From contig CP068257.2 in assembly GCA_009914755.4 (NCBI GenBank), positions 30,272,001 to 30,336,000 on the forward strand: a stretch of 64,000 nt of DNA, written 5' to 3'. Made by a program: the position numbers and the translations under genes. Below the pieces are notes generated by a model. The model saw only the letters and a program-made list of their open reading frames with translations. It was not told the DNA's origin and made no database searches. Below, piece by piece: positions 44,901 through 59,480 of the stretch. Numbering within the stretch: position 1 is the stretch's first letter; the number at the start of each line of letters is the position of its first letter. Source of the DNA: the human T2T-CHM13v2.0 reference genome, Homo sapiens.

Positions 44901-45767
44901 GGCATTTCATCCAGGGAAACAGAAGCTGGAAGGTCAGGGCTGAAGCTGGCTGAGAAAGCAAGCAGAGGAATGTGGGTCAGCTCAAGGCTCTAGAAGCGAG
45001 ATGAGCTCAGGATGTTCCGGTTGGAGATTGAGAAGAAACAGACCAGAATGAGATGTGGAGAGATAAAGAATTCCTGGAACTTTCCCAGAAGGGGCCGACT
45101 CTTCTGGAACCCTGGCTAAGAGGACCTGCTTGTCAGCGAGGAGGTGAAACACGTCAGGAATCAGCTGCTGCTCCTGAGCGGGCTGGGTGCCCTGGTTAGT
45201 CACCCCTGAACCTCAGGGCAGTCCTGTGAGACACATCTCTTGCCCCCAGTTTGCACGGATAGAAGAGAGTGGTGAGCACTGCCTAGAGGCACACACGAGC
45301 CCGAATGTAGTGGAGCCGCACTTTGCTGAAGGCTGGGCTCCCAGTTACTTTGCAGGTGTGGTCTGGTGTGCAGGCTGCATATGGGGTGTGTGTGGTGTGC
45401 TGATGACGGGCCCAGGTGGGCTGGGGTCATGTGGAGCTAGTGGAATGGAGCAGGGAGCAGCAGAGGATGCCTTCTCTTCTAGGGCATTGCTAGTCATAGA
45501 CTTCACTTCTGAGAAGGCCTCTGAATCCCCCTCAACACAGCCCCTCCCGGCAGCTAATGCCAGTGGATCAGAGTTGTATATGGGAGGAAATCCATTATGG
45601 ATTTCTTCCAACCCTTAAGAACTCTCAAAGGTGTCTGGCACACTGTCTTCCCTCAATAAATATGTATTGAGTGGATGAATATGAATATGTGGGTCTATAA
45701 TCACTTTCTTAACAGTTAGAGAAGTCATTTATGCTAAATGGGAAGCTATGAGAGGAAGAATTTGTGC

Positions 45768-45797
45768 ACACACACACACACACACGCACACAAAAGC
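45768..45797. repeat. (CA)n microsatellite (short, interrupted)
   Basis: CACACACACACACACACGCACACA. Confidence 0.85.
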
Positions 45798-45837
45798 ACA
45801 AAAGGCTATGGGAGCCTGAAAGACCAAGAGGTCCCCT

Positions 45838-46095
45838 GTCTTAGTCTGTCTTTTGTTGCTGCAAAGGAATACCTGAGGCTGGGTCATTCATAAGGAAAAG
45901 AGCTCTATTTGGCTCATGGTTCTGCAGGCTGTACAAGAAGCATGGTGGCAGCATCGGCTTCTGGTGAGGCCCCAGGCCGCTTCCACTCATGGTGGGAGGT
46001 GCGGGGGACCAGTGTGTGCAGAGATCACATGGTGGGAGAGGAAGCAAGAGAGAGGGGAGGTGCCAGGCTCTTTGTAATGATCAGCATGTATTGAC
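45838..46095 (-). mobile_element. MaLR LTR fragment (MST/THE1-type)
   Basis: GCTGGGTCATTCATAAGGAAAAGAGCTCTATTTGGCTCATGGTTCTGCAGGCTGTACAAGAAGCATGGTGGCAGCATC... parallels the reverse-complement MaLR consensus TGGGTAATTTATAAAG..GGTTTAATTGGCTCACAGTTCTGCAGGCTGTACAGGAAGCATGGC. Confidence 0.55.
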
Positions 46096-46099
46096 TCAT

Positions 46100-46285
46100 C
46101 CTATCTGCCTAACAACCCTTCAAGGTAGTGCTGTATTACTCCCAATTTAAAGGTGTGGAAACTGAGGCATGAAAGACCTCAGCCACTTGCCCCCATGACA
46201 CAGCCAGCGTGTGACAGAGCCACGATTTGACCTACGTGGTTTGCCCTAGGCCCCTGAATCACCACCCTCTACTGCATCTGTGATG
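46100..46285 (-). mobile_element. MIR SINE (antisense)
   Basis: AATTTAAAGGTGTGGAAACTGAGGCATGAAAGACCTCAGCCACTTGCCCCCATGACACAGCCAGCGTGTGACAGAGCCACGATTTGACC. Confidence 0.65.
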
Positions 46286-47376
46286 TTGTACTTCCTCTGG
46301 TGGGGTTTACATGCTAGTGGGACAAACAGCTGGTATTTTAAAATGCTATAAACTGAGTGTGGTAATGGCTGTGGAGGAAGTGAGAGGGATTCAGGGAACA
46401 AGATGGAGTGGCCTCTTGAGGAGATGACTTCAAAGCCAGATCCTAAGAATGAGAAGGAACCAGCTATGGGAAGAGGAAGGTGTCAGGGAAGAAGGCCAGG
46501 AAAGGTCAAAAGTAAACTGGTGAGAAAAAAAACCAGATTCTTTTGTTATGGCAACCCTAGCACATATGGCTGCACAGCTGGGTTAAGTCAGGAAGGCATC
46601 TGTAGTCAAGTATGATCTGTTCCTCAAAGATGAGTGGAGACGGCCAGGTGGAGAACAGGTGGGGAAACGTTCCAGGCAGAGGGAACAGCATATGCAAGAG
46701 GCTGGTAGGTGTGACACATCTGATTTCTCTTCCTCTTAATTTTGGCGAAAACATAAAACTTCAGCACCTTTTAAGAGATGAATTTCCTACTGCTTTGGGG
46801 TCTGAGCAAACTTTCTATCTGTGTAAACTTGGGGTCTGATTTTGTGTCTGAGATACAAGTTAGGTTTCTGTTTGGTGCCCATGACTTTGCTGGCAGAAGT
46901 GGAAATGGAAAACCAAAATTGAATTTAATGTAGAAGGCTGTTTAAAATGAGAGTGAAAATGGAACCGATTTTCTTGCTGGGTTAGACACTGTTATTATAA
47001 AATGGCTTCTCTCTTTATGGCTCAGAAACAAAAACAGAATGAAGAGTTCACTTCCAAAAAAGCAAACTCCCCTCCCTGGAGGCTTTGGACCTGATGGATG
47101 GCAGAGACTTTATCCACAACTTCTGAGATAGATTTAGGAAGAAAATCAGCCTGTCATTGAAAGAAACCTTGGGAAAGAAAGCTCTTCCCTACAAATAGGG
47201 CCCCCAGGACCCTCCGCTAGTGAAGCCATAATTAACAATGGAAATGGGAAATGGCGCGCTTTCTTGGGGGTTTGTATTTCTTGGGGGTTTTCCATTATTT
47301 TCAATGGTGGTTATTTTCAAGACCGTAAAGAATAGCTGTAAAATAATTCACTTCTTTCCTTTACCCCAGATTATAT

Positions 47377-47400
47377 GTATAAATATATATATATATATAA
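47377..47400. repeat. (AT)n microsatellite
   Basis: ATATATATATATATATATAA. Confidence 0.85.
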
Positions 47401-49434
47401 AAATAACATATAGATGTGTGTGTCTCCAATGAACTTTGAGGTTTCAGACACAAAAACCAAAAATATTCATTCTGGTGCATTGAACTTTTATTACTGTGAA
47501 TTGACTTTTCCTCAGAGTGACATATATGCTAATTTATAACAACTTTAATGCAGATGTGCTTTTTAATTGAAAAGAATCAAAATTAACTTTATCTTCAGAA
47601 TATTACAATACTCATGTGCAACCTTCAGTGAATCCCTACTGGTAAGGAAAACAGAAATTGAGAGTTCTATACCGAGAAGATTGAGAATGCAACGTTGTTG
47701 GACTAAAGCTGTCCTTTGCTCTCATGGGGGTCCCTGGGATGGATGGGTGAAGTATTTGCGTGAGGGCCTGGTGCCTCCTGGAGAGTCACACACAACACAC
47801 TCAGTCCACCTTCCTAGCTCAGTGAATCTGTTTTCACATAGTGGAAAAAAAAATCCCTGTCTCCAGTGCTGTACCTGTGGGTGGACAACTCGGCCAAGAG
47901 GCACCATGTCTCCAAATAGCTCTCCTGTCTCCATATAGAACTGGGTGTTCAGGAGGGAGAGTGAGAGAATTTGTTCTAGGCCTCAGACTCAGTGTTTTGT
48001 AAAAGTACTACCAGATATCATCAGCTACTGGCAGGGGTCAAATACAGAAGGATGGTATTAGTGTTTTCTCTGTGTTGAGACCCTCTCAAAATGAAGGCTA
48101 GCAGGAGGCAGTGGGAAGAGTAAAGCTATGACTCCTTTGGGGAACCTTAGGCCTTTTGACTTTTGAGAGAGAGGTTTCCCTTAGCTTCTGAGATTATTCA
48201 GTTATAAAGTACGAGATTTTTTTTTTATAGCTAGCATGTATATTTAACATAGAGTAAAGGAAGGAAGGAAAGGAAAAGAAACAACCATTTTGAAATCCGC
48301 AAGAAAATAATTTCTTGCTAAACATAGACCATTTAATGGAACAGTGGTGAGATCTGAGATTTTCCAAATGGATGAATTGGTTCCTAGTCTACTTTCTTTT
48401 TTTTTTTTCCTAGTCTACTTTCAAGGCCTTAAATTGGAAGTTATATTATTAAAAGTTGATACTGAAAGATGGAAAGATATTGCTTTCAGGTGGAAGTTAT
48501 TTTTAATTTTTCCAAGGCATTTCCTTTCTTGGAGAGCCACACAGAAGCAAGGTGCATCTCCCGAAGGTCCTCTTGGCTGCACTCTGTGTAAACTGGGCAG
48601 TTTCCGAGGCTCCTGTCCACATGCCCCTTAAGAACGAGTAATCAGACCTTCCCTCCACCTGCCGGGGTGGCTCTGTCCATTGCTTTGTCCCTTGCATCTT
48701 GTTAAAATTGCCAGCGACTTCTCCAGGGAGCAGTGACTCCATGTCTTTCCTCTTTGGGATGGCAGGTGATACCACAACTTTTCCTCCAGGGAGTATTTTT
48801 TTTTGTGTACCAGACTAAATATCAGGATGGCCATTTGGCTTTTGACTTAACTCCAAGCTTTCCCGTTTGTATTTCATAAGTAAGGGCCCTTTTCCTCTTC
48901 TTTCAGCTGCCGCCCCCACCCCCCACCCAGTGTCTGCCTTTCTTCCTCTTTTGAGATCAGAGTATTCTATGCTGCCTAGTATCTTTGGGTTTTCTTCTGT
49001 CCTGCGATAGCTCATCCTTATTTCATTCTGCTGGAAAAACCCCTGGTCGTATTTGATTGTTGCCCTCTCTTGTCCCAGTCTCTCATCCCTCTCATTTGTT
49101 AAGACTGTCTTTGATTCTTGGGAATCCCATGTCTGCCACGGAGAATCCAGAAAGCCCCTGGGCCATATTTCAAAAGACCCATCAGGAAATTCTGAACATG
49201 TTTTGAAACTCCTACTAATTCTATGGGATTACAGAGGTTTATAAACTGCATTCCACATTTTTCCCTTGGTATCCTCACATACTTCTGAAATGTCAGATGG
49301 ACTAGGTTTCTCTTTATCCAGATATTAAACATGTATGGAAACTCCGGGGGAGAGGAATTAAGATGCTTAATCTGGTTTCCCTTTTTAAAATCTCCTAGCT
49401 AGGAGTGTTTGACTGTTCACATAGGTTTCCATTC

Positions 49435-49724
49435 TTTTTTTTTTTTTTTTGGGATGGAGTTTCGCTCTTGTTGCCCAGGCAATGGCGCAATCTCTGCTTA
49501 CCACAACCTCCAACTCCCGGGTTCAAGAGATTCTCCTGCCTCAGCCTCCCAAGTAGCTGGGAATATAGGCATGCACCGCCAAGCCCAGCTCATTATGTAT
49601 TTTTAGTAGAGATGGGGTTTCTCCATGTTGGTCAGGCTGGTGTCGAACTTCTGACCTCTGGTGATCCGCCCACCTCAGCCTCCTGAAATGCTGGGATTAC
49701 AGGCGTGAGCCACTGTGCCCGGCC
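49435..49724 (-). mobile_element. Alu SINE (antisense) with 8-bp internal deletion and TSD
   Basis: T16 GGGATGGAGTTTCGCTCTTGTTGCCCAGGCAATGGCGCAATCTC ... GAGCCACTGTGCCCGGCC. TSD AGGTTTCCA(T/C)TC. Confidence 0.9.
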
Positions 49725-50977
49725 AGGTTTCCACTCTTATTTGGCAATACAGTACAAATAAAACTGTAGCTTTTTCCCTCTTATTTTAAGAAAGGTTTTT
49801 TGATGAAACAATAGATCACAATTTATCAAGCTTAATTTATTCCAACTACAGAATTCAGGTCTTTCTGTGGCTTAGTTGATGTGAGCCTCATACGATCTGA
49901 GAGGTAGGTACTATTATTATCCACATCTTATGGATGAGAGACCCTAGGATGAGAGAGGTGGGTCCTCTTTAAGGATTTGTGACAATTTTTTTTTTCATTG
50001 ATGATAAATTCCTCCAAAAGAAATGGAATTCTGGAATCAGTTTGTAAAGTCATCAATTAAAGTTACTACAAAAACTGCTTGCTCAACCCTGACCAGACCT
50101 GCCACCTGGATGGCTCTGGCGCCATCTTGAAGACAAGCATCTGTTAATCTTATCTGTGGTCCCAGCCAGATGATGGAGAGAGGCAAAGACCAGTGTAATA
50201 TGCAGTGACTTGAGGAGATTTTTGGCGTCTGTTGAAGCCAGTTGGTGACAAGAAGGCAAGCAGTTTGGTGTCTCAGGGTCTCCTTCAAGAAAGAAACATT
50301 CATAAAGGCTTTAGAGTTGCTCCTCTGGCCTCATATGGTCTCCAAACCCCTTTAGTGGGGTTGTCCTCCCATTATCATGATGTCCTACTTCCTAGAGGCA
50401 TCTGCACTATACGACACCCCCACCTGGGACAGGAAGCTAGGTGTGCCGTAAAGATTAAAGGGAATATAAAAGGTCGTAGAGCAGTGGTCTGCACATTTGA
50501 GTATTATACACTGTGTTTTTAAAGGAAGAACGTTCTCGATAACTGTGTGTGTTGACGTGAGTTATTTTTATTTAAATGTTAGTTATAAGTACATGAGCCC
50601 CAAATCAAACTCCTTTTATTTATGGCCCTGTACAACTGAAAAACCAAAACTCATTTACAAGTTAAATAGAACCAAGAGTAAAAGAACCCCAGAATATTCA
50701 AATTAGCAACGTTAATGCAATGGCTAATGTTTTGTGGGAAGGGAATGGCTGTACACAGCATGAGTGCAGTTCTCACTGCTGGGCACAGGTTCTTTGAGCT
50801 TGTCAGGCCCATCTTGTGATGCCACACCTCCCCTAAAACTTTTCATTCTTCCAGGGCTTTCCAATTTTTTGAGTACGCATCAGAAGCACCTGGAGGGCTT
50901 GCAAAAACACTGCAGAGTTTCTGATTCCGGAGATGTGCAGTGGCATCCAGGAATGTGCGTTTTCTTTCTTTTTCTTT

Positions 50978-51276
50978 TCTTTTTTTTTAAGAGTCAGGGT
51001 CTTGCTCTGTTGCCCAAGCTGGAGTGCAGTGGCACACTTACATCTCACTGCAGCCCCAACCTCCTGGGCTCAAGTGATCCTCACACCTCAGCCCCCCAAG
51101 TAGTTGGGACTTACAGGCGCATGCCACCATGCCTGGCTAATTTTGGTATTTTTTGTAGAAATGGGGTCTCACCATGTTGCCCGCCCAGGCTGATCTCGAA
51201 CTCCTGAGCTCAAGAGAGCCACCCGCCTCAGCCTCCCAAATTGCTGGAATTACAGGTGTGAGCCATTGCGCCTGGC
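50978..51276 (-). mobile_element. Alu SINE (antisense) with TSD
   Basis: TTTTTTTTAAGAGTCAGGGTCTTGCTCTGTTGCCCAAGCTGGAGTGCAGTGG ... GAGCCATTGCGCCTGGC. TSD GAATGTGC(G/A)TTTTC. Confidence 0.9.
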
Positions 51277-51500
51277 TGAATGTGCATTTTCAACAAGTTC
51301 TCAGGTAGTGCTGATGCCACTGGTCTGAGGACGAACCACACGCTATTCCAGTCACCAGGAGACTTTCCACTGACAGAAGCACAGATGCATCACTGACACA
51401 TTAAGTCCACCTCTGCTTCCTTCTCATTAGGCTATGACAATAAAAGTGATTTTTTTTTTTTTGGCAAAAATAGTGCATTGATAAAGAAATACCAAAGCAG

Positions 51501-51848
<348 letters not shown>

Positions 51849-54477
51849 TTATATGGTGGTCATCCAATGCCTCTGGTTATGCTTTGTGAAATGTTTTAGT
51901 CAATTACCAAAAAGAAAATAAAAATTAGAACTGTTGCACCCGTGAGGATGTGTCTGTGTACCTCAGTTTGAGAAACACTGAATGAGTTAGGCATTATGAA
52001 GCACTTACTGCGGAAAAAAATGATATTGTATAAGTAGCAGGCTCTTCAGCTTTAGGTGTGAATGTTAGAGCCAAGATTAGGCACTCAGAGGTGGTGAGCA
52101 GGGACAGAATCTTGGTTTTGTTTTTTCCTCCCCTTAACTCAATTCACTCCAACTCTGTTGAAATATGAGGTCTTTGCTATGTAGCATGGAAACATTGAAG
52201 CTCATTAACTGCATGAACCTGCTGGTGTATATTCAGGGCAGAGGACTGGGTTGTTGAGGAGACTCTCAATCATGTCAAATAAAGCACAGGCAAAAGACCT
52301 GAGGTCCCAGCCTGGGGAAGACCCAGAAAGGTGGGAAGATCCTGGTTCCAGTTTTCAAAGATGTGAAGTGCTGATCATGGAAGAGCAACTGGTCTTGTTC
52401 CACAACCAATGAATAGAAGATGTAGACATTGGCTTAGCCTTGGAAAGCTTTATTTTTGCATAGAATCGCCCTGGATGGAACAGGCTGGCTCAGAAGCATT
52501 GGGAACAGCTTGTCTCAGAGGCTGTTCAGTGGTCCCCAGCAACAACTTTGTGGGATGTGCCAGAAGGTTTCCATCCATAAAAGCGATGTGTCCAAGTCCT
52601 CTTTGTATGCAAAACTCTACAATTTTGGGACCCTTTTAGCATTCCTTCTTACCGATCTCCAAGAATTTTTCGAAGCAAGAGTGTTTAGCTCTACCTCAAA
52701 CATACTCAAAGTGCAGCATCGCATAGTACGTTCTCAAATATATCACTAGCCCTGATACTCCTTCCCTGCACCCCTAACCTGTCTCTCCTCCTCAGCCTCC
52801 TCAGTACCATTCTGTTACCACCATTGGTCCTGCATTCTGAGTTTGCCACCTGGCACGTGCCCTTCAAATGTCTCCACTGCGTCTTTGCCTTTCCCTTTCT
52901 GTTGCGTGCCATCATTCCGATTCCGATTTTAACAGCAACCTGCTGATTTCCTGCCATAGTTTCCTACTTTCCATTCTGAGCCCCTTTAATCCACTTATAC
53001 AATATAACTACTCCCTGAATTATTTGGTCATACCACTTGTATCTGCCGAACCCCTATTCCTCCCCTGGGGTACGTTTTCCACTAAACACACACAGGGAAA
53101 TGCCACCCAAATAGCTCTATGTGTGCCTTGTTCATTCTTGTTTCCATTTCTTTGTTTATGCACTTTTTATCTCTCCATCCATACAACCAGCCAGCCAAAG
53201 ACACATGAGCTCACACACATGCAGTCACTACCTGTGTGGCATGTTCCCTCTTCATGTACCTGTTTCTAAGTTCTCAGTCTCCCTTCATTGCACTCCTCTT
53301 GTGGTCAAAAGTGGTGCAATTCAGCATTTTCTTATTCCTTTTGCACTCATCACCGCTTGAAAGGACTGTGCTCATCTATTTGTTTGCACGTTGCTTGCCT
53401 GTCTTCTTCCCCACTCAAAACCCAAGAGGGCAGGTCTTTCTCTGGTCCCCAGTACCCAGCACCTATAGTCTTGCCTGGGGCAGAGAGCCATCCAGCAAGT
53501 ATTTGTGGAATGGATGTTTATGCATCTGTCCCCCTAACTCCACTGTGAGTTTGGAACTAACTCCACTGTGAGTGGGAACCAGGTCTTACTATATGTCTGA
53601 AATTTGCGAATGATTTCTAGTGGGAGCGGTGGGCTCCAGTACCTGTCATTATCTGAAATGCCATAATTCAGAGGTGCCTCTGTGGAATTGGGCCTCGAGG
53701 GTCTTAATTTCAATCAGTCTCATTGGATTTGTTTTGACTAGAAATCTTAGTGCCTGTTTTTAAAGTATATTCCCTTGGGCGCTTTTGAACACTTGAGACC
53801 TCTTGGTAGGCAGGCATTTCATCCTCATCAGGAAATCTCATCAAAATGATATTAGATTTACACATCAGGAAAATAAAGATCCTCTAAGAAGATGTTTCTA
53901 TTCTGTAGATTGGCTTTGGATAGGTGCAGTTAAGCTTACTCAGAAGGTATTTCAACCACATCTGAGATGTTGGGTTGGGGCCAGGTGGCAGAATCTCACA
54001 ATAAACAATAAAAAAATCAGGGCAGGAAGGAAGGGGACCTCCCCAGAAATTTCTGTAGTTACAAGCCAAGGCAAAATTTAAGAGTAGAGCAAAACGCCAG
54101 GTTTTGTTATGAGGCTTCGTTTCTGAGGGCTGAGTGGTAACCTGGCTCACAGTTTGGCTGTGACTGGAGCTTCCACTGTAGGGGGCTTTTCCTGTATTGT
54201 TTGGTCAGCCTTTTCCAGGTACCACCTTGTAAGCCATCCTTGGAAAACCACATAATGGCAGTACTACTCTTAATTGAAGTCCCTGATGTCTCCCAGGTGT
54301 TTCTTACATTGCTTGGTCTGGGCCTCCTTGTTGTTGACTTCTTCCTGCCATAACATTCGGAGAGAGCAGAGGGCCATGGTTCCCCTCCTCAGGAGGTGGC
54401 TCCTGATGCTCTTGAAACTCCTGCTTTTCTCTGTGGTCCCCTTCCGGGTCTTCACATTCAAGTGCTCTCACCCAAGA

Positions 54478-54861
<384 letters not shown>

Positions 54862-55034
54862 TCACCCAACTCTTTCAACATGACACTGAGCATTCTACAA
54901 AGATGACTTTGAAGAGGGCCTGTTGAGGTTGGCATGGAAGCAGCAGCTCCCACGCTTCGGTGAAGCCCGTGTCCCCAGTCTTCCCCTCCCCAGGGGACCT
55001 GACTCCGCTTTCATGTGTATGTCTCTCTTTTCAG

Positions 55035-55162
55035 AGGTGTGAACATGTATGCCATGTTGACCGGGACGCTGCCTTTCACGGTGGAGCCTTTCAGCCTGAG
55101 GGCTTTGTACCAGAAGATGGTAGACAAAGAAATGAACCCCCTCCCCACTCAGCTCTCCACAG
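55035..55162 (+). CDS. HUNK: Coding exon (128 nt), kinase C-lobe: (I)GVNMYAMLTGTLPFTVEPFSLRALYQKMVDKEMNPLPTQLST(G)
   Basis: Acceptor tctcttttcAG at 55033-55034. Donor CAG|GTAATG at 55163. AT from exon 4 plus A gives Ile, matching the kinase sequence DVWSIGV. Confidence 0.88.
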
Positions 55163-56688
55163 GTAATGCACCAGCTGCTCTAGATCACGGTTCAGGACTG
55201 CTGTCGTGACCAGTTCGGGTCTACCTGTGAAACAGTATTTGTTTTGCAGTAATGGTGTTATGTCTATCCCATGGTTATAAGTTTCTTTCTAGTGTTAAAT
55301 AGAAGTGTCAAGGGGTGGTTGGGTTTCCCGTCTCTCAATGGCCACTCATGCCTTTCACCTGTATCCTTTCCTGTTCTGTTCTATCTGAACCCCTAACTTC
55401 TCCTTCCTCCTTCTGCACAAAACACGTAGATCCAAAGGATCTGATATTCTCCATTTAAAAAATGATTGCAGGCTTGATTGTTTTAAAACTCACCATCTTA
55501 TGATGCTGACTTGGAAAAGAGGGTTTATGGTCGCATTTCCAATATGGCTTCTTTCTGCAATTACTGTCAAGAAATGTTTGTTGCATTCAAGTTGGGGCTG
55601 TGATTTGTTTTGTGAGTTGAGGTTTTGAGCCCGTTCAAAAGCTTTTAAATATATAGAGGTTAAGTTACTTGATTGGACTGAATCATCAGGTGTGTTTGAA
55701 AAGTTCTCTCAAGCTTTAGCTGGTTCACATTTCAGTAAACAGTTTGTATTAAGGTTTGGTTTCAGATCCAGTAAATCAGTACAATTTGTTCTTTTGTTTG
55801 GTTCACAATTCAAGTCCTGGCCTTGGCTTGGCTTTGATGAGCATTTAATTGGCTCCTTAGAATAAACTCAGCTTCACTAAGATAAGGCTTTTGACCAAAG
55901 AAGAAAGCAGTTATTTAACTGCAACTTATGATACTTAGCGATAGTTAAAATATAGCATTTTATTTTACTACTGTTATGCATTTTTCTTCTGAGTTTAAAA
56001 GCATGCATGAAGCTGCCCCTGAATTTATCTTGCCAAGTGGAATCCAAGTGGAGACACGTTCTTGTATGCAATTATCTAATTCAGCCCATACTGTCACCTC
56101 AAGGGAGGGGAGACTCTCTGGAGGCTTGAAAGCAAAGGAGGCATTAAGTCCTTGGGAAGATGAGTTACAGCTCTGTCATTATACAAGAAATATTTCTGCA
56201 CTGAGAGTCATAACTCTTGGAGTTAGAAAATGTGCAAAATGTCAAACCAATTGTCATATTTAAGTTTTAGAGCTTTCAGAAATGTTGAAAGTGCGGCAGA
56301 GCACTCTGAGGTGTGCCCATTCATTCATTCATTCCATATTTCATACTCATTAGCTTATTCCGTGAATATGTGTTGTGCACCAATTATGTGCTAGGTGTGT
56401 TCTAGATTAAGCAAGACAGAGAACAAACCAGTCTCTACCCTTATAAAGCTTATATATCAGCAGGGGAGTCTAAAAATAAATAAATGGGTAATAAACATGT
56501 GTGGTATTTGGTAATGTTAAGTGCTCTAAAGAAAGTAAAATAAATTGGGACAAGGGGATAGAGAGTAAAAAGGTTTTTTTTTTTTTAACAAATAAGATTA
56601 TTTTAAAAACTTTTCATTGTGATGTAATTGTAGATGCACACACAATTGCTAGAAATAATACAAAGAGATCCAAACAGCCTTCATCTGG

Positions 56689-57039
56689 TGTACTAGTCCA
56701 TTCTCATGCTGCTAATAAAGACATACCCGAGACTGGGTAATTTATAAAGGAAAGAGGTTTAATAGACTCACAGTTCCACATGGCTGGGGAGGCCTCACAA
56801 TCATGGTGGAATATGAAGGAAGAGCAAAGGGACATCTTAGATGGTGGCAGGGAAGAGCGCTTGTGCAGGGGAAATCCTATTTATAAAACCATCAGATCTC
56901 GTGAGACTTATTCACTACCATGAGAACAGCATGAACTGCCTCCATGATTCAATTATCTCCACCTGGCCCCGCCCTTGACATGTGGGGATTATTACAATTC
57001 AAGGTGAGATTTGGGTTGGGACACAGCCAAACCATATCA
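56689..57039 (-). mobile_element. MaLR LTR, THE1-type (solo LTR, antisense)
   Basis: TGTACTAGTCCATTCTCATGCTGCTAATAAAGACATACCCGAGACTGGGTAATTTATAAAGGAAAGAGGTTTAATAGACTCACAGTTCCACATGGCTGGGGAGGCCTCACAATCATGG ... GATTTGGGTTGGGACACAGCCAAACCATATCA is the reverse complement of THE1 TGATATGG...TGTATTAGTC. Confidence 0.8.
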
Positions 57040-57426
57040 CCCAGTTTCCCCCAATAGTAATATATTGTATAACTGTGGTATAATATCACCACTGGGAAAT
57101 TAACATTGATAAAACCCATTGACCTTGTTCAGATTTCACAAGTTTTATGTACAATCATGTGTGTTGCTGTATATTAGTTCTATAGAGTTTTTTCACATGA
57201 GTAATTTGTGTGACAGCCACCACAGTCAAGATGCAAGACAGTTCCCTCACAAGGATCCCTCGTGCTGCTCCTCTGTAGCCACAGCTACCTTCCTTCCTCC
57301 TGCTCTCCCTAAGCCCTGTCAGCCACTACCCTGTATCATCTATAATTTTGTCATTTCAAAAATGCTATATGTAAATCACTTTTTTTCCCACTCAGCATAA
57401 TTCCCTTGAGATAATCTGAGCTGTTT

Positions 57427-57870
57427 TTTTTTTATTGGTGAGTAGTATCTCCTGGTGTGGATATACCGCAGTTTGTTTCACCATTTACCCACTGAAGGAC
57501 TGTTGAGTTGTTTCCAGTTTGGGGCTATCATGAATAAAGATGCTGTAAACATTCATGTTTAAGTTTTTCTGAGAATATGGTTTCATTTCTCTGGGACAAA
57601 TGCCTAAGAGTGAAATTGCTGGGTTGGGTAGTAAGCACGTATTTAGTTTTGTAAGAAACTGCCAAGCCTCTTTTTCAGAGTGGCTGGACCATTTTGCATT
57701 CCCACTAGCAATATGTGCATGATCTCTGCATCCTTGCCAGCATTTGATGCTATTATTATTTTTTATTTTAGTTGTTCTGATAGGGGTCTAATAATATCTC
57801 ATTGCAGTACAAATAAGATGTGATGTTTCCAAATAGATGCAGTCTTTCAAAGCAGTCTCTGTAGGGGTTA
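57427..57870 (+). mobile_element. L1 (L1M-type) 3'-region fragment
   Basis: TATCTCCTGGTGTGGATATACCGCAGTTTGTTTCACCATTTACCCACTGAAGGACTGTTGAGTTGTTTCCAGTTTGGGGCTATCATGAATAAAGATGCTGTAAACATTCATG...AGAGTGAAATTGCTGGGTTGGGTAGTAAGCACGTATTTAGTTTTGTAAGAAACTGCCAAGCCTCTTTTTCAGAGTGGCTGGACCATTTTGCATTCCCACTAGCAATAT. Confidence 0.8.
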
Positions 57871-58049
57871 TATAGTCATAAATATTGCCATCTCTCAGAG
57901 TGATTCCAAAGTTTCTTTGAGGGTTCAGAGCCTGTTTTATTCAAGTGACCCATAACAAAGGACAAAAGGAGGATGAATGTACCCCCACAGTGGGGAAAGG
58001 CAGACAGTGCTCTCTTTGAACCCGATGACAGCCTGAGGAGCTGGAGAAC

Positions 58050-58425
58050 TGCTGATCTGCTGCCATTTCATTGTATTAGTCAGAATAGACCAGGTTATGC
58101 TGCAGTAACAATCAGCCCCCAAGTCTTAGTGGCTCAGGACCACAAAGGTTTATTTCTCAGTCATGCTACATCTCAGTTGAGAGCTGGATCAAACATTGAA
58201 AGGTTCTGCCCAGCCAAGGGCCCAAGGCTGATGGAGCAGCCACCACTTCCAACATTTCTGGTTCATGCAGAGGGAGAAAGGGAAAGAGAAAGAGAAGTTC
58301 TTTCGCCAGCAATTAAATCTTCCACCAATCTTCCAGTTGTAAGTGGAAGCTTTCTAAAACATGGCATGCGGCTTCACCCAACTAAAGAGAATGGGGCAGT
58401 GCAACCTTACCATGTGCGTTGAAAG
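58050..58425 (+). mobile_element. ERVL/MaLR-type LTR fragment (starts CATTGTATTAGTCAG)
   Basis: CATTGTATTAGTCAGAATAGACCAGGTTATGCTGCAGTAACAATCAGCCCCCAAGTCTTAGTGGCTCAGGACCACAAAGGTTTATTTCTCAGTCATGC ... GGCAGTGCAACCTTACCATGTG. Family name uncertain. Confidence 0.45.
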
Positions 58426-59329
58426 TGAAAAGCCAGAAATATTTGTTGATTAGCATTAGCATGAGCCCCACACAGCTGTGGGAAAAGGAGCAGACAAGCG
58501 CAGGTAGGTTAGTAACACAAGAAAATCAATCTCATTGCTTCAGAACCATACCTTGTTTTTACTTTCAATAACATCACGCAGTCTTAGCAGGCTGGGCTCT
58601 AAGTGTTTTTTGTGAAAATTAAATTTAACCTTAAAGAAGCAGGAGTTGCAGTTCTGAAGATGTTAAAAAATGGTCCAAAGTTAGTCCCAAAGGAGACATA
58701 TTAAAAATGTTCCCAGCAATTTCAGCATCACTGGAATTGCTGTCCAACCTCGCATAGCTCCTGCATTGAGCAGACAGCTTTGCCTTGGCCTTAAGCTCTG
58801 TGTGTGCTTGTTAAAGATCTTCACATTCCTACAGGACTTTGTTGTCTTCACTTGTCAAGCATGAATTGCATTTCTATATCTGATTTTCTAATTAGGGAAT
58901 CTGATGCTCTCCCCATCTCCTCCTTTTTAAAATAACTATTGGGATATAGAAATATCTTTTTTCAACTAGGATTGAAATCCTTTGAGCCAGGTGTCAAGTG
59001 AGGTGTTTGCACATGATAGACACTCAGGGAATCTAGGTTGCTGACTCTGGTGTTAATGTGTCTGTGTGACCTGGAAAGGTGGCCCATAGATTATTTTGAT
59101 TACTCAGGATTGGGAATTGTCCTGACCCAGTAGGGCCCAGAGCAGTGCACCAGCTGCTGAGGCAGCCCAGGGCATCTTATCTGGTTCATAGAGTGAATGT
59201 CTTCAGGTTTGAGGATCAGCTGCTGCCCTTCTGACAGCCTCCCATTTTTTCAATCCTTTGCACCCCGCTAAGTTTATCTCCTCTCCCTTCCAACCAGCCT
59301 GGCCCTGCTTATATCCAAAAATACTAGTT

Positions 59330-59480
59330 TACCAGTAACATGAGTAGCTGCCACTTATTGAATAATCCTTTGTAGGTGTTTTTCATGTGGTGTTGTTTTT
59401 ATACAATCCTGCAAGGTAAGTCCCTGTTTACCAGTGAGGAAATTGAGTCTCAGAGAGATTAAGTCTGCTTGACTGAAAAC
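59330..59480 (-). mobile_element. MIR-like SINE fragment (antisense)
   Basis: CCCTGTTTACCAGTGAGGAAATTGAGTCTCAGAGAGATTAAGTCTGCTTGACTGAAAACCTAG resembles reverse-complement MIR (CCCATTTTACAGATGAGGAAACTGAGGCACAGAGAGGTTAAGTAACTTGCCCAAGG). Confidence 0.45.
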